Of a stretch of 64,000 nucleotides of DNA, positions 54,640 to 64,000 are shown piece by piece. Both the position numbers and the translations under genes were made by a program. The stretch's first letter is position 1; each line of letters begins with the position of its first letter. A model generated the notes under the pieces. It had not been told where the DNA came from. It saw nothing but the letters and a program-made list of their open reading frames with translations, and ran no database searches. Source of the stretch: the human T2T-CHM13v2.0 reference genome, Homo sapiens; assembly GCF_009914755.1 (NCBI RefSeq), contig NC_060929.1. One strand, written 5' to 3'.

Positions 54640-55818
54640 CAACTGCTAAATTTAACTATTAATGCTTACATGGTGTTTTATTTTGTTTTATGAGTAGACA
54701 TTTAAGCATTCTACTAGAGATAATATGTTGGAGAAAGTTCTACAGACTTCTAGAGTTGATTCAGCAACTATACACTAATTCACATAGGTTTTAATCTTAC
54801 ACCAAGCCCAAAAGCTATAATCCCTGTGAGATGTCATAGGTAAAGAAGGCTGCTTTATCCATCAAAGCCAAAATGAGCTTCCTCTTTTCAGATGAAAATG
54901 GGATTGAGTCTTACTGATTACGACTACCAAGTTTGTACTCTTTTAAAACTAAAATTTAACTCTGTAAATCTTAATTCAAAATGTATTGGTTCATTACTGT
55001 TTGTAAACTTAATGATTTCTGTTTTTCTGAACACTACCTGTAAGTTCTGTAAGAACAATATTCTTTTTGAAAGGCTTTGAGTTAAAATATCCATTCCTTA
55101 TTTCCAGAGTGATCCCTGAGCCTTTTGGCTCTACTATAATGTGTTGCAATGAGATTTCTATTCAAATATAATAGCTGATTCTGAGACGTTAGAATTTCTG
55201 TTTAGATTATGCTAAAATGAAATCATCCAAATTAACATTAAATATATCATTTAGTTGCATAGAAATTTACCAACTGGTCTAGCAGGAAATTTGACAAGTA
55301 GTAACCTTCTTTTCTCAATTTCCATTCACATGTAGGTAAACATTGTTGACATTCTTAAGCTTATAGATGGTGAATATTAGAAAAAGAATCATAGTCCTTT
55401 AAAACATAAGCCATACCATTGTGGTATACAATCAGGAAAATTCTGTATTTATATATATTTTAACATTTTCTATTAACATTTAATACATTTGCTCAGAGTA
55501 ATGGGTTTTCTATTTGCCTATAACTAAGCATGACACAATATTTGATTTCAGAATTGATGCATTTTTATTTCTCTGTTCCACTCACATGCAGCACCATCAA
55601 ATGCCTTCATGTAACCAATGTCACATCTAATACTTACTAGAATAAGATTCCATGTAATTTGATTTAAATATTTAACTTTGAGTTCTTTTGGTGTTCAATC
55701 TCCTTGCTATAGCTATTAGCTTGATGATATTATTTTCAGCTGCACTGCTTAAGCTCAAAATTTGAAATCTGCAAATGTGCTATCTTTCTAAGTTCAATTT
55801 TACCATTGTAGATCATGA

Positions 55819-56220
<402 letters not shown>

Positions 56221-56500
56221 GGAGGTATGGGTTTTACTGATATGGTTCTTATTCACTGAGTCTCATGGAGAGATGTCTGTTCTAAGTCCACTTAAATAAT
56301 CCTCTATGTGGTTGATAATGATCTGAATCTGTTTCTATGTCCAAACCTGGTAAATTTTATAATGTCATATTGTTTGTGCCCAGCCCTCCTTTGGTTAGTG
56401 TACTTTGAACTTCGATGTTTGCTGTGTTTCAAACCTGCAAGGCAAAGTAAAATTAGAGCAAGAACATTCAAACCAAATAAGATATTTTTCAGCTACAGCA

Positions 56501-56506
56501 AATAAA
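56501..56506 (+). terminator. Candidate proximal polyadenylation signal
   Basis: AATAAA 280 nt after the stop codon; usage is not shown by the sequence. Confidence 0.4.
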
Positions 56507-57164
56507 ACAGTGAAAGCCCTGACTATTTACAGTAGTGGTATCCTTACTAGATTCATAATGCAATTAGATAGAAAAGGTCCAAAACTGTACCCTATGTTCA
56601 CTCCGGGTCAAGTTGTGATAAATTTGATCCCAATAGAATACCTCCCTCATTTAAGAAAAATCATAACTCACTTTAAATATGAAAGCCTAGTCCAGAAATC
56701 TATTACACCTTTATCTCAAGATAGGAAGAAAATTTCCTCCACATTCATGTACAATGATGTAAATATTTCAATAACTTAGAATGCTTCAAGTTTAGTGCAT
56801 GCATCTCTTTAGATCCAAAATAAATGGACTGAAGTTATCATCCTATTGTCTTTTATTTTGTGTCCTTGGGCTATAAAAGATTCCTGAATGTAATTATAAG
56901 GATTTGGGTTTGGAAATGGAGGGAGGAATTTTCATTGCCTTCTCCCTCATGCATGAAGATTCGAACAGCTTATTTTTTCCTTGTATGACATATTACAACA
57001 CTTTAAGTAAAATATAGACTGGATAATCAACATTTGCCACCTCTAAATATGCCCAATTTCATAACTAGAGTATAAAGTAATTGTATGTGCTTGCCGCTAT
57101 TTTTTTCTTCCTTTTAGGATGATAGATCATAACAGAACTTATTCTCCATCTCAAGATCTGCTTC

Positions 57165-57280
57165 TAGTGATTGTGAGTGCCTTGTGGGCAGAATCCTTGT
57201 CATTTCCTCTTTGGGTCTGTAGCACCTTGCATAGTGCCTGGCATATAGTTGGTGCTCAATAAATATGGTTTGAAGTGAAT
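57165..57280 (+). mobile_element. L2 3'-end fragment within the 3'UTR
   Basis: agcaccttgcatagtgcctggcatatagttggtgctcaataaatat. Confidence 0.65.
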
Positions 57281-58353
57281 TGCCCTCACATGCTTCTGGC
57301 AAATCTCTGTGCTGGCCTGAAACCAGTGACTCATCTTCTCACATAGGTGTTGTCAAGTGATATTTGATTTTGTAAAAATAACCAGTAGGATCCAAAGAAC
57401 TTTAGCTATTTATGTTCATCTTCAAAAAATTATTTTAGGCAAAGTCCATACTCCTTTTAAAACAATATTTATGTCCTATGTTTGTGTATAGACATGACTC
57501 TACTAGGGCATAATTAGAGTTTGTGTATTATTTTTCCAGGTTTGGGGATGAGTCAGTCCTTGCCCATCCACAATTTTGTTTGTGAACTTATAACAGGAAT
57601 AAGCAAAATTCATACCTGACTAGTGTTCAGAATGTAGCATTCTGTGCGAAAAAGTATTGAAGATTAGCTTTTAAAAACTGAAAAAAAAAAATGAATGACT
57701 CACATAGAGGTTGAGCCAATGACTGTGGCCTCATTAGATTACATTGTAGTTAAACAAAGCAATTTCTCCAGACTTAAAACATGATGAGTTGAGCTCTATC
57801 TTCATGTACTCATCCTGAATCCTTATTTTTCTAAAATAGCACCCTTTGTTAATTATTTTTATGGAAATTATTACTCTGTCATAATTAAATCATAGCTAGT
57901 ATAACTTTACAGATAACCTAAAAAGAATAGAAAAGAAGAGAGAGTGGCTTTGTCAGTATAAAACCATGTAAAGTCATCATCAAGTCATCTGGATGAATCT
58001 TGAAACACATTTAGCTGCCAGTTTTACAAACCTTTAATATATCAGTGCTCCAGTATATAACCTCAAACAAATGTAAATAGAACGAATTATTTTCTTGTTT
58101 TGAATTGTCAATATATTAAATGTTGACTCTTTGGGAGAGTTGTTGGCAAGTTTCAATGGTGAGAAACATTATTGTCAACTTGAAATGTGTTCTGTAATGG
58201 GGACACTACAAAAAGCTAGCTTTCCAATGTGTGCATAGTATTGGCAATATGAATATATATTATATATAATCTAATACTTATTATAAGCTGCTCCCTGTCT
58301 ATGTATTTGGAAACCTTTTCACAAAGGGAATTGCCTAACATGTGGACTTTTAC

Positions 58354-58359
58354 AATAAA
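58354..58359 (+). terminator. Distal polyadenylation signal
   Basis: AATAAA with upstream TGTA (58302-58305), a CA ~18 nt downstream and a GT-rich tract at 58379-58415. Confidence 0.75.
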
Positions 58360-58732
58360 AATGCTGCATTCTAATCCATGGTGGCATCTCAGTAGTCTGG
58401 TGGGACTGTTTGTCTTAGAGATTGTGACCTCTCTTTCCTGCCTCATTTCCCCAAATCCCCTCTCAGTGAGCTTTATCTGTGAGCTGTGTGACTGTGTTTT
58501 GCATGGCGGTACTCTTCACCTCAAAAAAATTAAGAGAGGCATGTGGGTTGTAGAGTGAAGAAGAAAGGCAGACATGTAATAAAGTAAGTAAAAATTCAAG
58601 TCTTCTCTACCTCAAGAATTTCGGTGTGGTTAACATTAATTCCAGTGCCAGACAAAGTTGGGATCCCAGCTTTACTATTTACCAGTTGTTAGACAATTGT
58701 CAATTCAGACTTTAGAATCCTCCATTAAAAAT

Positions 58733-58905
58733 AATTTATGTATTTGTTTATTTGTTTAGAGATGGGGTGTCCCTCTGTCACTCAGTCTGAAGTATAGTGG
58801 CACAGTCATAGCTCACTGAAGCCTCAAACTTCTGAGCTAAAGCATTCCTCCTGCCTCAGCCTCCTGAATAGCTGGAACTACAGATGCATGCCACCATGCC
58901 CAGCT
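58733..58905 (-). mobile_element. Alu monomer (FRAM or AluJ right arm), antisense
   Basis: Single arm; degenerate TSD tagaatcctccatt (58713-58726) and tagaagtctccatt (58905-58918). Confidence 0.85.
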
Positions 58906-61900
58906 AGAAGTCTCCATTTTAGCAGCTATAAATTAGATATACCAATGCTAACCTATGTAGTGACACTCAACAAATGGTCAAAAGCTCTCTCCCTCACTTC
59001 CGATGCCTTCCATGCACTGCTGTCATGCTCCCTTCATCCTATCAAACTAGCTTCCCTAATAGAATCCAGCATTAGGCATATAAGCCTTTAAGTGACTCTA
59101 CATCACTCTATTTTTATTTTTAGGAAATATTTGCATTGCAAGTCTTTTAAACTATATGTGGGAAATTTCTGTCTCATTGGAAAAAAACTTACACATTACA
59201 TTAGTTATTTTTAAGGCCAAAGAACTGTTATTTGTACCCTCAAAATTTACAAACATACAAAGTTGATTAGCCCTACTCCAGAGACAATGTCATGTTTTCT
59301 TGAACTCTTTTGAAATTCTCCCAGGAATATAATATTATCTTCACAACACAGCTGCCCTAACCATCCTTGGCCCCATTCTCTTGGCCCCTCATATCTTCCT
59401 GCATCTAATTTAATCATCTATTTCTCACCTTCCAAACCTATAAAAATATAGTTTTCACTTAGATGTTGTCTGCTGTCTAACTCAATGCCCTGAACTTTAG
59501 CTGAATTCATATCTTTATATGGCCTTCATTCCTTGCATTAAGTCTCAATATTATTCTGACTAGTAGCAAAAATTTTTGTCTGCAATGAAGGTCAAATTAA
59601 GTTAACAAAATGATGTGGTCTTCAGGGATTATGTCAAAAATTGCTATCTCTATGCTTTGTCACTATGAATCTTTGTCAAAGGTGTAGAATATGGGGGAAT
59701 GACGTAGACCAAGAGCTCGGCTATGTTTTCTAGTGCTCAGTGAACTGCCAAAGGTCACACAGCTAGTTAATGACAGATCAGGGGGTCATCTAAGCATTGC
59801 TCTTTCCACTGTGTCTCACAGTATTTCAGAATTTAGAAGTAAAATTCTGGAATACTTTATCTTTCTGTTAATATTTTAGGATCTGCCAAACTGCAGGATG
59901 CTTTCCTTCTTTGATCTAAGCCTCACTTTGACTCATTTTATTGCAATGAGACAGGAATTTGAGAATACCTAGTAACAGAGGGAAGTCAATGGGTTTTGTA
60001 TTTATTTTATTCCTTCTCATGTGAAATGACCAATTGATATTTAATATTACCCATACTGCTTTCAGAATGCTGTTTCAAAGAAACATCTAAACAACTCCAG
60101 ACCTAGAGTTAGCCTTTGTCCTTTGGGATATGTGGCAGTAGACAACCAAAAAGTTTCCATGGCTAGGATCTGCAGGCTCATTCTTTCTACTATTTAAGCA
60201 AAGTGGTGGGGAATGACCTAACTATTATGATTCTTTCTAAGGTTACAGATTATAAGCCAATTGCAAAATCCAGTTGTAACTTTCTTTTGCCACATTTTGG
60301 ATAATAAAGAAATAGTTTCCTCTAATTATGGTTTGTGTAACTAATTGGAAAAGCAGAGGCTCTTGCTCCAGATTAACTAGGTTCAAATATCAGCCCTGTC
60401 AACTTTTGTCTGCCTTAGTTTTCTCACCTGAAAAATGGAGATAATATTGGTGTGTATCTCAGACTTTATTATAAGGAGAAACTTAGTTAATACCAAAGAA
60501 TTACTGGATGCTAGTAATTTTCCTCAGTAAGGATATAAAGTTTCAGAAAATACAGGGTACAAGAACCATATCTACTTTGCTTAAAAATATTGATCATCAT
60601 TTGTGAGGACTCTCTTTTCTCATAAAAAAAAAAGTCACTGGACCGGGGATAGAAATTTCATTTAACATCTGGGGATTTCCAAATATTCCTATCTTGATGA
60701 TATTCAGTTTCTTACGTAAACAAGGGAATTTGGCCCCTTTTTCTCCAGCAGATTTTTATTCGATCACTTCTCTGCTATTTGCTATGGCCTGATGTGATTG
60801 ATTACCATCTAACATTCTGACTCTATTAAACTCTGTCTTATCTCCATACAGGTATCTTGGCTCATTTATCTTATTTCCACCCTGAGACTTCTCTAAAAAA
60901 GCACAATTTTCCTAGAATGTCGTCCTCTGCTCAACAGATTCAACAGTCTCTAATTAAAGACTCTACCTGGTCTGTAAGGTCTTCCCAGTTTCACTAAAGT
61001 TCAATATGCTATTTTCTTTTATCTCTTCCAGTTCTTGATGTGACTTTTGAATGGCCTAATCCTAATGTTTATCTTAGCTAAATACTTACATTCATCCAAT
61101 CCTCTTTGTAAACAAACATTAAATGTACAATGCTGTGACAAGAATATATTATAAATAATTCACTATCAATTGGCATCTTAAATCAGGTTGTTTATCTTCT
61201 ATCTCCATGCTCTATAAATTTGCCTCGCAGTTTTTTTTTTTCTGAGACTTGTGTGTTTTATGGGTGTGGAATTAAGTTCCTCATCAAATAGGTTTTAATT
61301 AAGCATCTATACATTCAGCTTAATATAAAGTTTTCAGTAAATTCATGCCATGGGCCTAATATAGGGCCCTGTGAGTGCAGGAAGAGGTAAATTTCAGGTA
61401 TGCTTTGCCCTGAAATGCCCATAATATGATAGAGGAGTCAGAAAAGAATACAAATAACTCTAATGGAGCTGCACACAAGTAGTTGTAGATAGAATAAGTC
61501 ATATTCTAACTGTGAGTGAAGTCAGAAAAGGGTTTCTCTGTATAAAAAGCATTCCTCTACATGTAAGGAGGTCCCATCACTGCTCAAAATCCCCCTTTCT
61601 GTAATTACTAATAAAAATCCTATAGACTATTTGAAAACTATGTACATGTACATAACAATATTGTTCTTAATCCATTAGCAAGAGTTAGTCACTAAAATAG
61701 TATTTATCTTTCTATTTTTGTTTTCCTCCATATGTATTTACAGCTGAGGGTTTTTTCCCCACATATATTTAAACACACGGATTAGACAGGTGAATAGAAG
61801 TATAGATATGGACATACATCTGCTTTGAAGTCTCATTTTTCCACACTATTATATATGTGTGTGTGAGTATATTTAACATAACATTTTCTGGCTTTCCATT

Positions 61901-62131
61901 ATTATATCACAGGACTGTGTCATAATTTATTTAGTCAATCCTTTATTTCTGAAAATTTGCATTATTTCTTATTTTTGTTGCTGTAAGTAATATTACAAAA
62001 CTGTTTTTGTTGCTATAAGTAATATTACAAAAATATTTTTGTCACAGGCATATATATATATTCCTCTATTTTCATAGAATATATCCCTAAAACATGAGCT
62101 TTGCTGAATTAAAATGTATAAGCATTTAACA

Positions 62132-63056
62132 ATTAGAGTCCTGACAGAAAACAAATGGTATACTCCAAGGAGTAATTGAAGAAAAATTAATGAAGGGTTA
62201 CTTACAAAGATTAGGCAAGGTTAAAGTCTACCAATTATAGGATGGTTTAGTACAACAGGTCTAGCAGTTGTCAACTGAACTAGTTACCTATATCCGTTGT
62301 ACAAATTTCAATGAACTCAGTGACTTAGAACAACAAAAATTCATTATCATAATTAATTTCAGAAGGTCAGAAATTTCAGTGGCTGAAGTCAAGATGTGAG
62401 CAAGGCTGCATTCCTTCTGAAGGATCTAGGGGAGAATTAATTTCTTGACTTTTCCATGTTCTAGAGTCCTCTTGAATTCCTTGGCTTGTGGCTCATGTTC
62501 ACCTTTAAAGCAAGCAACTGCATCACTCAGTCCCTTTCCTTCATCTTTCCTCTGGCTCTGACCTCAAGCCTCCTACTTACAAAGACCCTTGAGATTACAT
62601 TGGACCCACCCAAATAATCCAAGATGATCTTGTCTTCAGATCCTTAACCATGCCTGCAAACTCCCTTTTACCACGTAAGATATATGTACAGTTTGCAGGG
62701 ATTCGAACAAGGACATTTTTGGGGACCTATTATTTTGCCTACCACACTACCTTAGTCATTAAAGTACAAAAGGAAGGGACAGTTACAGGACCTAGAAAGA
62801 GCTGTAGAACAGGAGCCGTGACTTTAAACTAATACAACCACTGCCCAACAGCGGCCAGTCAAGGAGGGAGAGTAGGAATAAGTAATCAGAATTCTCTCTT
62901 CTCCTACCTAAAGTATATCTAATTGGTCAAAGCAAATGGAAACTAGTGGACAGGGAAATGCAGATAGGGTGGGCCAGAGGTCAGCCTTATGGGGCACACC
63001 ATGTGGTGAAGAACTCTGAAGAATGGATCCAGAGAAATGACTGGAAATTATCCAGA
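62132..63056. mobile_element. ERVL LTR (LTR33-like), interrupted by the MLT1
   Basis: Left part cagaaaacaaatggtatactc...ttacaaag and right part ...agaggtcagcctt...tggatccagag...tatccag resemble two halves of one LTR. Confidence 0.55.
62278..62745 (-). mobile_element. MLT1-type (ERVL-MaLR) solo LTR
   Basis: gtcaagatgtgagcaaggctgcattccttctgaagg...gattacattggacccacc...tattttgcctaccaca. Confidence 0.75.
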
Positions 63057-64000
63057 AAACCTCTCCAAAAATCAGCATAAGTGGTACAAAAGAAAGCTTC
63101 TTTACTTGTACCCTACTTAACATAAATTTCTGAAATAAAGAAGAAATTTAGGGTTTTCAAATAGATTTCTATGCCATGGAAAAAGTAGTCTTTAAAAGTT
63201 ATTACACTGGAATATTACAGATCCATATATTTTATATTGGGTAATCTGTTCAACCTGAAGAACTTTTCAATAGGCTTTAAAGCTATAAAGCAAATGCCTT
63301 TATACAACACTTTCTGGGAGTTAATGTGGGTTAATAGACATGCCCTTCTGGTGAGTCCTGTGGCAAGGGTGCCAATTCAGTCAGTGATTTGCAGGCCACA
63401 GCACCCTCGAGCTATTTTCACGAAGGGTGGACCTTCTGAGCCAATATTTCTCATCTGTTATTGCAGAACTTAAAAAGGGACAGGGCTTCTGAGTCACTGA
63501 GAGCCCAAGGGTACAATTCTATACTGGGTTCAAGGCTGAAAATAGCAAAACCACAGATCTATTTCTGTAAACACAATGACTGTAAGGACAACTACAACTT
63601 AATTTGGACAACTTAAACTAAAGTGACTAAAGCAAACCATTTGGAAAACAGACTAGCTTAGTACTGACACTCTGAACACAGCCTCTTATAGTGTACAAGA
63701 CTATGACTTTCTCATTGACAGCCTTCCCATCCTCTTAAAGTCATGGGGGAAACTGAGTCCTTATTAGGGCTAGATTGTGAACCCTGTTGAACAAAAAAGA
63801 AGGACAATTTTACACGGCACTTAAATTTAGCTATTCTCTTCTAAACCTCCATTGATTCTGCATCTCCCCTTTCATTCTTTCAATCTCTTTTTTTTCTTCA
63901 AAAAGACTTGATGTCACTGTGAAGCAATGAAGATGTGATTCAATTCAATAAGTATGTTGAGTGCCTACCATATGCCAAGAACTGCCCTATGCATTGGAGA

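Larger units (their letters stand above)
56221..58378 (+). other. GABRG2: 3'UTR (~2.15 kb, end approximate)
   Basis: Follows the stop codon; AT-rich; ends ~20 nt after AATAAA at 58354. Confidence 0.75.

Overview
This is primate (very probably human) genomic DNA, not microbial. It covers the 3' part of GABRG2 (GABA-A receptor gamma-2 subunit) on the + strand. Present are coding exons 4-8, the 24-nt gamma2L microexon 9, and last exon 10 with a ~2.15 kb 3'UTR, followed by ~5.6 kb of downstream sequence. All exon boundaries are GT-AG and the phases join into one intact reading frame. An Alu-derived 120-nt in-frame cassette exon with a GC donor (gamma2XL-type) lies in intron 5, and intron 6 is ~38 kb. 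The rest is AT-rich intron with Alu, L1, L2, MIR, DNA-transposon and LTR relics plus microsatellites; most listed ORFs are repeat artefacts. I found no new multi-gene system. The most interesting signals concern splicing and retrotransposition: the exonised Alu, a look-alike candidate poison Alu exon, microexon regulatory motifs, a stop-free in-frame extension upstream of exon 10, and a 5'-inverted L1 with intact target-site duplications (TSDs). Gene, variant and repeat-family names come from recognition and memory, not database searches.
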